Positions 36,645 to 48,415 of a DNA stretch of 64,000 bases are shown piece by piece; the first letter of the stretch is position 1, and each line of letters opens with the position of its first letter. The DNA is from Antedon mediterranea. Lineage: Eukaryota > Animalia > Echinodermata. Under the pieces are notes generated by a model. The model was given only the letters and a program-made list of their open reading frames with translations, did no database searches and was not told the origin of the DNA. The stretch lies in contig NC_092670.1 of NCBI RefSeq assembly GCF_964355755.1, positions 548,201 to 612,200 on the forward strand, given 5' to 3'. Both the position numbers and the translations under genes were made by a program.

Positions 36645-37095
36645 TTTCGTTTCATTTTCCCATGACCTAGGTGGTCGTAGGTGCGTAGCAGACGAGATAC
36701 AGTACCCATCATGGTACGACATTAAGGCATACGCCATATCTCACAGCGGTGCTTATCTCCTCTCTGGGTTGGCGGGGGTTATTGCTGGATGGCCGTCGTC
36801 GTTGGTTCTCCTGAACCGATCGCCCTTGTGAGTGTCCAACCACCCTCCGCCGGTGTGTGACAGTGGCTGTGTGTGGACTAGTACACCAGGGTAACCCCCT
36901 ACTCGTCTCGAAAGATGTACTAGGTTCTTTAAAGTGCACATGAGCTATGTGTATACTGGACCTACGGTTTATAGTTGTTATCCAAGAAGACTCGTTCTAC
37001 CACCAAAACCATGGAGTGAATGAGCCTCGAACCCCTGCCGATGTTATGGCTACGTAATTACGGTTCCACTGTCTTAACCGCTCAGGCATTCACTC
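36645..37095 (-). mobile_element. Full-length tRNA-derived Deu/Nin-domain SINE
   Basis: Minus strand has an A box TGCCTGAGCGG, a B box GGTTCGAGGC and a Deu-like core AAACCGTAGGTCC..TTAAAGAACC..GAGTAGGGGGTTACCCTGGTGT, followed by an A-rich tail. Confidence 0.8.
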
Positions 37096-37289
37096 AAACT
37101 GTCATATATATGTCAAAAATAATATCATAATAATAATTATTAAACAGAACCCAGTCAGCTGATGCTAAGTAAAGGTATCCATGATACAGTGTTTTGGGAC
37201 TGTAATTGTTCCATAGAGCATAAAATTACCATAATCTGGAGTATTATTTCATCAACAGTTTTAGTGACCACAATTTAAAGTCAAGAGTT

Positions 37290-37600
37290 ACTTTTTTTTT
37301 TCTTTTTTTTTTATTTCAACAATATTTTATGAGGGTGGTCCATCCAGCATGAGCTGATCATTAGGGACCCTCAAACAATACAAACAGTAAATACAAAATA
37401 AACTATAAAAACACAAAATTAACAAAGGTATATAAAATAAATATATATATATAAATATACCAAATGCCAACAATGAAAGAAGGATAAAAAGATGAAAGAA
37501 AATCAGAGAAAGAGAAACAGGTGTTTAGATTTAAAGGAGGAGAAATTGTAAGAGTTACGAATGCTTAAGTCAATAGTATTATTTCTAAGCTTATAATGAA
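37290..37600 (-). mobile_element. L2/CR1-like LINE 3' tail remnant
   Basis: Poly(A) (poly-T on +) preceded by stem-loop GAGGGTCCC..GACCACCCTC and AATAAA. Confidence 0.5.
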
Positions 37601-38191
37601 AAGATATAATTATTTTTTTAAGCACCAGTTATAGCCCAGGGTTAATGCCCTTCCCACACAACCATTATTCCCCTTTATATACATATGTTAGTTTAATTGA
37701 AAGGTGTTTATTTAGGGGTATTGGTTTTCCTTTTCTCCACAAATACTGTAAGTCAACCCCGAAGTCAACAGTATTTCTTGTAAAGTGCTTTTACACTATA
37801 GTTGTGCATGCATACATATTTACAAACCAGCTGTTACAAACCTGGTTTAATGTATCATTTCCAGATTCTTCTTGCAGATGGACATAGAAATAGGGCCAGT
37901 ACAGTAAAATAATTGCCTGGACAATGTGGGAAATTATGCGATTAACAATTTTTATTTTGTTTTATTCGGGAATACACAAAATACAAAAAGTAGCCAAAGG
38001 CTAAAATTATTGCATTTACAAAAATATAAAATAGTTTTATAAATATAACATTAATAAATATTATCGGCCAATAAGAATACAAAATGTAAGCACTGCAGGC
38101 CAATGAGGTACCGCCCTGCACAGTGAGACAGGCGACCTGTACGGTAAGTTTTTTTTTCCCCAAGATATGTCCATATATAAATATATGTTCA

Positions 38192-38852
38192 TTTACCTCC
38201 GCCATGGAGGTATATGTAATCGGTAGCGTGTGTTTGTTGGTTTGTTTGTTTGTCTGTTTGTTAGCAGGATTACTCAATCTATCTTTACCAAAATGAATAT
38301 ACAGATAGATATGTGGTCAAGGACCATTCCATTAAATTTTGGGACCATGGTCCCAATTCTGGACCACTTTTTAGTATACTTTTCAGACCTGCTAGTGTTA
38401 AAGATAGGACAGAATTTTTCAAAAGCCGGCGAACAGTCTTAAAGTAACAAGTAAACTAAAATTGAATTTTCTCGAGAACTACTTTTCCAAAAAACTTTAT
38501 TTTAGTACAAGAGGCAAGAGTTATAATTTGTGATTTGTAATTTTAAAACATAATTTGATTTTGTGCACGTTTTTTTGATGCGAGTAGTTTAAAAAACCTA
38601 TTTCTTTTCAAATTCATTGATTTTCGCGTTGCAGTTCTATTGTTAGTCAACTGAAGCTATTGTTAATTGAAAGGCTTGTTACATAACTATTACACCAAAC
38701 TCGCATACACATGCTTGTAGTGAAATTAGCCTAAATCACAAACAGCATTAAGACACACACAAATATATATATATTTTTTTTTTACCGGAGAAATCTTATG
38801 TAGGAGAATTTTACAGTAGGCTGAGGTATGCACTCTCGGAGTGGCTTTCTAG
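38192..38852 (+). mobile_element. Helentron-associated non-autonomous element (HINE/DINE-like)
   Basis: 5' TTACCTCCGCC..GGAGGT hairpin, (TGTT)n microsatellite, 3' GGCTGAGGT subterminal IR, stem-loop CACTCTCGGAGTG and terminal CTAG followed by TT. Confidence 0.8.
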
Positions 38853-38999
38853 TTCATGATGCAATTGGTAAGAATACTGATGAGATTGTTTAAAGGGAAC
38901 CAAAGGCTGTACGGGTTTTCATATTCATATATTTTACAGAAAACATAATTAACAGATAACAAACAAGTATACACGGTGGTTAACAATACAAAAAAAACC

Positions 39000-39612
39000 T
39001 TTGACACCATCTAGCAATAAAAAATCGCTATAAACAGACTCTCCTAATAGTGTTGGTTAAATAAAAACCATATAAAGCAGAGAAAAATTAACTTTCATCG
39101 TAAAGGAACATTTCCGTAATATGTACCGGAATCTCATTCCACATCCGTGGAAATGAAATAAAGACATTGTGGAATAAAGCATTTGTACGAGATTTCTCAT
39201 GTCTAAAAACAAGTTTCTCACTTCTACGTATAACAGGTGTAGGTAGCAAAGCTCCATTACTAAGAAAATTTGTAGAGAGGCACTTGACTACAAAGTTACC
39301 ACAAAGAAATTTAAGCTTATTGAAAATGGTGGGTCATTTTAAGGTTCGCAACCTATGTTCGTATGACGGCTGCATATCATAATCCATATAGAAAAAATGT
39401 GTAAAGCAAGATCGAGTAAAGCGCCTCTATACAGATTCAATCTGATTGATGGTGCTTTACAGAAATGGAAACCAGACAGGTGAGGCATATTATAAAATAG
39501 GCCTGATGATAGATTTAAATAATATACATTTTGATCGTTGGTTCTAACACACCTCTTAATGAATCTTACAAGTTTGTTACATTTGCTTGTAGTCAGAAAA
39601 ATGTGCTTATTC
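39000..39612 (-). mobile_element. Degenerate CR1-like LINE RT fragment
   Basis: Minus-strand LFKSIIRPIL*YASPVW..INQIESV*RRFTR with stop codons. Confidence 0.7.
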
Positions 39613-39722
39613 CACTTCTTGTGAGGTAAGCCAACAATTAAAATTCACTACTAATAAACACTTAAAGAATACATAAAGATAGACATAGATAAAACATTAT
39701 TTATCATAAATACCTTTTTTGG

Positions 39723-39822
<100 letters not shown>

Positions 39823-40388
39823 TGTATTTTGTGTATCGCTTAGTTTGCAAATCCAACAGATAAAAATAAAACTAGATTAGGAAGAGTGTTAAAAGTCTCT
39901 AGAATAGTTGGATCATTCACTATGCAATTTATTATTAAAAAATCAGGGAAAGTTTGACAACCAAGATTCATGTTTTACATTTTATCATTTGTTTCTTTTA
40001 AATGTATTTTAATATTTTCTTCTTGCCAAGGAACACAATTTAAAAAAAAAATGTTCACATTTATGATAAATAATGTTTTATCTATGTCTATCTTTATTTA
40101 TTCTGTAAGTGTTTATTAGTAGTGAATTTTAATTATTGGCTTACATCACAAGAAGTGTTTAAGATACTACAGTACTTTTACCTGAATTACATAAAGTAGG
40201 TGTAATTTTGTTTTGTTTATTCATGTAACCTTTTACCTTTTATTGTTGTATTATCGTTTTAATCTAAAGTCATATAAGCTGTTTAAACAATCTTTTGTTC
40301 AACTTACAAAGGTAAAAAAGTATAGATTTTAATTTTGCCTTAGGGTTGCAATCAAGTAGTGGATTTAGGCGTAAAGTAATAAACTAAA

Positions 40389-41862
40389 CTAGATTTAATT
40401 CGTCACTATGACGAATTATAGGTTATATGCATTGATTTTAATAAAGATAATTGATTTTTAAAAGATATTTTGATTCATTGATTTTCTCAGATTCTTTAAT
40501 TATTTATAATATATGATAGGACCTTGCTAACGCGAATACAATAGCCGGTATCACAATCCGATCAAAGATCCCTCTGCGTATAATGTCATAAACCACATTG
40601 CTGTTACATAATAATAAAGACATAAGTTATTTTTTATCTAGATTTCATTATAAATCATGTGTATAATATATACACTAAGAAATAAATTTGAACAAACAAT
40701 ACGGATAATAAAAAAAAAATCTTATTTCGTTTCTCAAGGTGAGACTCGATCTCGGTACCTTGAGTGCCATAGACACGAGCACACACCACCGAGCCATACA
40801 CAACTGTCTAAAAATTGTAGAAAAATTCCTCCGTGTATTTACTATGCAGTAACCACTTTGGTGCAGATAGATTATTACATACCGCAATGAATTATAATTT
40901 TTTACTATGATGACATCTCTAAAAATGTACAAAAATGATGCACTGTCAAACTATATACTTTTAACTTTAATATATGAACTTTTGGAGGAAGAAAGTTAAT
41001 GTTAAGTTTGTTATTTTGGCCTAAGAAAATGTCATAATTTGTTTGATTGTCGAAATGATTTTTTTTTAATTTAATATGCAATTAATTATGGCTTAATCAA
41101 CATTTGTTCCCTTAGTTTAATAATAAATCATACATAAGATACATACACTTCAAGAAAATGAAATAAAAAATATGTGTTCCCGAGCATTCTGACGATCTAT
41201 ATTAATTTTAAAATTTAGCATATTTTCACCATTTTGTTAACTTACACGTGCGTAGCCTGTCACTTTTGACGTGCTCGTATAAGGCAATTACGCGTTAAAA
41301 AGTGAATAAAATATGATGATATTATTAAAGAAAGGTTGTACAACCGAAATCGGACAAAAAGAGTGCGCATTAACGTATAACGCGCAGTGCGCGTGCAAAA
41401 ATCTGCGCACTCATGGCAATTTTTTAAACGCTTAAAATTGCCTGAAACGTACTCTAATTTCATCGAAAATAAATTTTGACAATTTTGAACATTTTAAGCG
41501 CGCGTACGCAAGCGTTATATGCGCTACGCACGTAATTGTATTGCCATATGATGAAATATGACCTGAAATTTATGAGTACCAAATTTTGTTTAATTGTGAT
41601 TCATGCTTGTGAAGATATGATTACAAACGTGATTTCGTAAAATCGCGCGTAGACCGCGTAATTTTTGATTACGCATCGTGAAAATATAACCACATCGAAT
41701 CCTGGCCATAAGGAATATACTCTGAAAAATTGACTTAGATAGATGAAACTGATATCAAGATAATTCACGGACAAAATAGTGCTAAGGAAAGAATAAATAA
41801 ATAAATAAAGATTTTGACAGAATCAAGAGGTTATATGCATGATAATGCATATAACCTAATAA
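40389..41862 (-). mobile_element. Helentron-type non-autonomous element (about 1.47 kb), copy 1
   Basis: Reverse-complement copy of 58190-59641. 5' palindrome AGGTTATATGCAT..ATGCATATAACCT, (TTTA)n, 3' subterminal IR, hairpin AATTCGTCA-TAG-TGACGAATT, terminal CTAG in a T-rich target. Confidence 0.88.
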
Positions 41863-43507
41863 TTAGGCCTAGCTTTTCAACATAATTCAATCCGATCAGA
41901 TTGTTTGCGGCTAAAATAGCCTCCTCCATTATCTAGCAAACACAGGCCAGCTCGTTTACCTTATAGTAACTTTTAAAAACCTAACCTAATAGTTCAAATT
42001 TTAACATACATTTATGCATTGTAGATAGCTATGAATACAAATCAGAAAAGATTTAACAAAAATATGACAATTTTTAAAGTTTCTATTATCATGCATTAGA
42101 ATTATTGTTTACAAATGTATACCAACACAGGTAGAAGCTATTTTGAAGGCGGAGGCAGGTAAACAATTGTGATTATAAATGTTTGGGTTCCTATGATCCT
42201 GCAACTATTACAAACTTAAATGCATTAGATTAGTGATTCACCTACTGTATATTTAAAATGCAGAATTTAAAATATTCTTCCAACCAGATGCATGGATTAG
42301 AACTACACATCAAACTTGAAATATATGATATGTTTATGTACAATGCACAATTGTCAATTCCTTATTCCTATGTACAGTATGTGCTGGCACCAATAGATGG
42401 GCTAGAAAGGATACACCAGACTCCTACTGTATTTGAAGATATCTAGTGAGTTTCTTTGTTAATAAAATGTCCAACATACATTTCCCATCTGGATAATGCT
42501 TAAAATGTATTAAATGTTTTAAAGTTGGTTGACTGCTATGAAAGCTTCAAATAACTCGGTGGCAGATTGGTGGAATCTAGGTTCAGATGACCAACAATAT
42601 AATAGCATGCTTCTACACAGTGGCAAATCGAAAGCTATTGCCAGTGGTAAACATCACAAAATGATACGCAAGTACACACAGCGAATGTGTAGCAAAATAG
42701 GAGATGCTGATAAAAAGTGAAACTTGTAATTAGTTAATAGAGTTGAGAATTGTTATCTCATGGTCTCTCATTAAATACAGCAAGATTAATATGTTGATAT
42801 AGAAAACTAAAACAACATTACAGTAAGATGAATTTCAAGAATTGCAATTAATTCCAATTACACCAATTTCATTTTAGGTTTCACCAATCACATCCCACAG
42901 ACTTATAATTATTTTGTGTTTTTATGTTTCATATATTTAAAAGTCATAAAACACTTGGTATAGACTTGCCCCAAGTCTGTATTATCTTTTTTTTTTATTT
43001 ATTTGTTTTTATTTCGACCGCGATTTTTGTCTGAAAATACAAAATCAAGTAGTATACGTATGAAACGCCATATGTGCCAAAATATTTATCTTTTTACTAA
43101 TATTAAGACAAAACTCCGTCTGGAACCCAGACTACACTTGGTACAATGCTATTGGTAATTCTTTGCCAATGCGATTAAAAATAAATAAAATCAAACAATC
43201 AATCAATCAATCAACCAATGTCCAAACAAAAGTATAAACCGATTACAGTAACTTTCAATAGGTTAACCTGTACAGTGAGTACAATATTACCCCTCTGTAA
43301 ACACAAATTGATTCCATTAAATGATAATAGTTGCCTTTTATTTTTCAATTTTATGCATGAAGTTCCAAAAATCACCTTTTATCAATAGGAATTATTGCCT
43401 TTTTAGTGAGTATTTAGTGAGCCATATAGCTCTTTTGTATTCATTCATCAAACTTATAAATTGTTTTGGTTGTTACAAAAAGAAATCTTTGTTATATTCA
43501 CTATAAA

Positions 43508-43602
43508 GGGCGTGTGGCGCAGTGTGTTGGACGTTCGACTACTGATCGTGAGATCGAGATTCGAACCCAACTCTCGCCTCATTGCTTGTATCCTTAGGCA
43601 AG
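43508..43602 (+). mobile_element. tRNA-derived SINE 5' fragment
   Basis: GGGCGTGTGGCGCAGTG (A box), GATTCGAACCC (B box), then TGTATCCTTAGGCAAGG, typical of CORE/V-type SINE bodies. Confidence 0.65.
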
Positions 43603-43621
43603 GATATATAATAATCCAATT

Positions 43622-43670
43622 CTCACTCCTGAAGACGATCAAAGCATATTGATCGAAACGTCAAGAAACT
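43622..43670 (+). ncRNA. Minimal hammerhead ribozyme motif (Penelope-like remnant)
   Basis: CUGAAGA C GAUCAA-AGCAUA-UUGAUC GAAA C GUC. Confidence 0.65.
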
Positions 43671-43774
43671 CAACAGTTCTTTTCAGAACTAATATACGTG
43701 GTGTACCGCAAACTTTATATCAACATTTGATTTCGCCATGCAAACAATATAAAATTCATAATTGGATTATTTTA

Positions 43775-44315
43775 TTTAAAGATGTATTGTCCCTTGAAAC
43801 AAAATGAAGGTCAAAATATTCTAAATTTAAATTGGCCATATCAAAGTAATATTAAAGTTATTCACTTTAAGTCGAAAATTCGAGCCAAAACCAACAAGTT
43901 TACGTAATTAACAGGTAAATTAGTTGGATTACATTTCGTCTGGAAAATAGTCGCGAGCGAAAGTAAACAAAGATTTCAAACCACGAGTACGCATTATGCA
44001 TATGCTAATTAGGATTGTTTACAACTCGTCACGGTTGAGAAGGTATTTTCACACAGATCACGAGAAAGTTTTATGATTATGCATACAGAGTAGCCAAACA
44101 AGCGCGTTTCATTATGGGATATGTTTTGATCGAAAACTTTGACTGGAAGTCAAAGTTATTTTTTTAACAAAAAAACGTCTGTATTTTAGTTAAATGATTT
44201 TTTTTCCAACAAATTTTTGGTGATAGGTAATAACTATTATGATACTTCAGAATGACCCACCTTTTTTCGAAATCTGTTATTTTTTATTTTTTTGGAATTA
44301 GTCAAAGGGGTACTA
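43775..44315. mobile_element. TTAA-flanked (Kolobok-like) non-autonomous element, right end degraded; related termini at about 7635-7690 and 33574-33594
   Basis: TTAA+AGATGTATTGTCCC terminus; the complementary GGGGACAATATATCTTTAA occurs elsewhere in the window. Confidence 0.5.
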
Positions 44316-46264
44316 ATTTTCCCAATAGTAGTATAGGACAATTACTTATTTAATGGCACTGTTGGTCAAAATATTGCTCTGTATTCATTTGATGAAATAC
44401 ATGGTTTTTTTTAATAACTAAACTTGGTTTAATGGTGATTTTCTTAAAAGCTATGCATGATTGTGACCAAAAAATAATAAAATACAAAATAAAATATTGC
44501 TGTGTAAATTTAATTTTTGTCTTTTTCACTCAACTTTTCTTCATCATTGATGTGAGCCTAACATCTTCAAGAACATAAGAATTGTCCCTAGGCCTAGAAA
44601 ACTCTATTTTACATTCAATCAAAAATAATAACTGTAGTATTGAAAAGAATTCATCATCACCGACGGATATTAATAAATTTATATTCTATGCATGTTATAG
44701 AACAAATAAGCATACAGTTATTACTTACAGTACCCTGTTTGGTTTGCAGCATTCTAGAGCAGGTAATTGAAATTGGGATATTTGGAGTTGCCAGAAAATC
44801 TTCAAAATACCCCACTTTCATTTTCTAAGTTTATATATCCAAAAAAAAAGAACACAGTAAAATACAAATAACTTAATTAGTTAAAAAATTAATTTTATTC
44901 TATTTTTTTCTTCAGAATTGACACCTTTTAAGTCACTTTTTTCTTACAAAACAACAGCTTAAAAATCCTCATCAAAGTGAGAAAGAAATTACACTTTTAA
45001 ACAAGCTATATCATTGATAGGATTGCAAACAGTAATAAAACAACTCATTTTATAAATGGTGGTCTAATGTTGTTAGTGGTCATGGCTTATAATAGCATTC
45101 TTACTATAATGTATTTTACTTCTCAGTTTATGATTGTAATTCAACCTTTTCAGCTCTTGCTGCTGGTTGGAATTTGATGTTTTTTATACCTTAAGTATAC
45201 ATACTCTAAGTACAGTTCATATACTGTATACAGTCAGTTCTTCCTGAACTATAGCCACTATTAGCTGCCTTCAGAATGATGAGAACTATAGTTTAGAGAA
45301 AAGTTTCAGAGAGACAGTGTCTGAAGAGTTGATATCCCCCATAACCCCCCACACAAACAGTATTGTCCGGGCTCATGTCTTAATAGGGTCTAATTGACCC
45401 CAATAAAATGGAGTACAGTACTGTTGAATTCAAAATCTATACAAAGCTCAATAGTTTGATTCTCACAAGAAAATCAACAATTAAGGGTGTGCAGATTAAA
45501 TAGCACATTAGGTTATTAAATGTTCTGAATAGCAAACATTGATGGTTGTTCAGGTAACAAATTTCTTGCGAAAATAAATGACTAAATAGCATTCCCACAG
45601 TGCACCTGGCTATACTATATCTGTATTTAAAATTAATATGCAATAAAAATCTACTTATAAACATATTTTCCATTATAAAAAATACTTTATTCTAATAGAA
45701 ATAAAAATAGCACCAAAAGTAAAATATACACAAAACCCTGGCAATGTGTCAGCAAACACCAATAAATAGTAATATTTTCAATATTCATGAATAATTATGA
45801 AATTCTAAAATACCAATAGTTACAATAATAAGCTATCAATTAAACAGCCTAATTAATCTAAGGTTTGGTTCATTCATTATCTACAATAGTAATCTATACA
45901 AAAATAAAACATGATCAATATTTTTTTCTAATGATTTTTTAGTAAATACCATATCATATACTCAAATTGGAGTGAGAACGTACTCAATGTCCACTTCAAT
46001 ACTTACTGTAATACATTAATAAAGCACAATACTGAATATTTAAACGATTTGCAAAACTCAATGTCCAATTATACTCGCAAAAAATACAATATAATACAAA
46101 TGTTGTATAAAAAGAATAGTCATGTAAATGAAATAAAGGTGGTATAAAACAAATTGAATTTCTGACCATCAAATTAAAATAAAAATGATTAAAAAATGAC
46201 CAATTAAGGGACCAATAAAATATTTATATTTCATATAACAGTAGGCCTAATCACCTAATACTAA

Positions 46265-46445
46265 AGCTTGGTTCTTACTAGGACGCATTCTGTATATACA
46301 GTATGCCTAAACACCTCTACTAGGACGCAACAAAAGCGAGTTGATCAATGACCAGCGACTGTTCGAATAATCCATCGGTTGTGATTGGTCAAATCACTGA
46401 CGCTACGTTACGTCATTGCGCTGCTTCTCTAATGGGAACCAAGCT
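46265..46445. mobile_element. MITE family B (TIR AGCTTGGTTCCCACTAG, TWA flanks; Harbinger-like); second copy at 50558-50696
   Basis: Inverted termini AGCTTGGTTC/GAACCAAGCT and shared body GTTCGAATAATCCAT..TTGTGATTGGTCAA. Confidence 0.8.
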
Positions 46446-47721
46446 TTAATGCCATGCTTTATTGAATAAACACAGGCATACTTTACTACTATGCTTAGTT
46501 TCATTGTCCAACTTGAATCATACTTAGCACGGTATCTGCCTCTGTAATTTAAAAACTTCTAGTTTAAACTTGCCTTCACCTACCTGTTATCTCTCTACTT
46601 AGAAAATAAATGTATATACTTTATGATTATTTTATAGAACTTATTGGTAAACTATATAATACTCTTAAATCAACTATAATATATTTAAAAAAATGTCCAT
46701 ATAGAAAATAAATTGTGTATTATAAAATGAGGAAAAAAATATATAAATTGCTCACAAACAAAAATAGATGGTTTGATTAAAAAATAATAAAATATATTGT
46801 AAAATTCAGCACAAATAAATTTGGAAAAAAATTATAGATGAAAAATTATAGATTAAAAATTTTGACCCATGCCCTCAACATAAGTAGATGAGTTTTATAT
46901 CTTTTAGATTAGGAATATTTAGGAATTATAAATAATATAGGTGGTTTATAAAATAGCTGTTGTAAGTGGACGTTGCAATTAATTTGAATTTCTGACTAAT
47001 TGTAAAGTAATGAATGACACTGTTGTCATAGAGGATTGTCACATACTGTATACAAGTGACTAACATCCTAAAAGGGATTGAGAAATTGTTATTCTGCAAA
47101 AAATTTAGGGGTAAACTACAAAAAAGGGATAATATAGCGTGGAAGTAAAAAAAAACATTAAAAAGAGGTAGAAAGTACAGAAGAGGACAAAAATTTACAA
47201 TTTAATTGATTATTATTGAAAAAAATACATTTTTTTGGGGTTTAAATGCCAAAATAAACTTTAAAAAAAAAATTATATAAAAAACTGAAAAGGTCAGTAA
47301 TACTTTTTAAGCCAATGTTGGCTATTTGCACCAATTCCAATCTGATTTTAAAACCAAATAATAATATATTTTTTTCATTTTTTTTTAAAATAAAAAATAC
47401 TATTTTCTTATACCTGCCATTGCATATACACAGCTCTTTTTAATGTGGTGTTGCCCAACAATGAACGACCGTTTCCATAGCAACAGCACCATATTTATAG
47501 ATGTTGTATATTATAATGTACTTATGTGTAACTAGGCATTCTGTTGGCAATCTGAATGATGTGGTTCTAATCAAATGATTTTCTTTCATAAATATAAAAG
47601 TTTCACATCAATTTAAGGACCAAATTTAAATTAATAGTACTTTTTACATACTTCTTTTTTTTTTTTTACATATCACTCATTCAAAGAAATGTTCTTGTAG
47701 TTCTGTAGTAAATTAAAATGC

Positions 47722-48245
47722 ACATTGGACGCAAATGTGAGTTACAAATCTTCTATATTACCACCTGTACTTGAATATTGGTAGTGAGTGAGTGAAACAT
47801 GAGATGGTGTTAAGGGTCTTTCACACCTGTTCCAGCACAGTTTCGGTCCTGCATCCGCAAATCAAATAAATGTGTTTTGTTTCCATGCGGCTACGCGCAA
47901 AACAGTTGGCAATAAGCCGTGTGGAGAGCAGTGAAAATGAACATTGGACGCAAATGTGAGTTACAAATCTTCTATATTACCACCTGTACTTGAATATTGG
48001 TAGTGAGTGAATGAAACATGAGATGGTGTTAAGGGTCTTTCACGCCTGTTCCAGCACAGTTTCGGTCCTGCGTCCGCAAATCAAATAAATGTGTTTTGTT
48101 TCCATGCGGCTACGCGCAAAACAGTTGGCAATAAGCCGTGTGGAGAGCAGTGAAAATGAACATTGGATGCAAATGTGAGTTACAAATCTAATATTTTACT
48201 CAAACTGTACTTGGAACATTGGTAGTGAACATGAGATGGTGTTAG
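47722..48245. repeat. 219-bp tandem repeat (about 2.4 copies) downstream of the XYLT stop codon
   Basis: ACATTGGACGCAAATGTGAG.. restarts at 47722, 47941 and 48160. Confidence 0.93.
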
Positions 48246-48415
48246 TAATGACATTCCAGTATATGTGTTGATTATTTGGATGTTACAACTAATGTTGCAT
48301 GGGATGAACCCATACCTTCATATCTATACTCCACAAATATGCATACAAATCTGTTTTCCTATCTCCTATCTATTTCCTTTTTGTCTCTTGCAAATCCAGC
48401 GACAATTTTATTTAA

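Noticed and set aside
43508-43580. tRNA gene
   Set aside because: A and B boxes are present but the acceptor stem does not pair well and the sequence continues into a SINE body; the same applies to 37015-37095.
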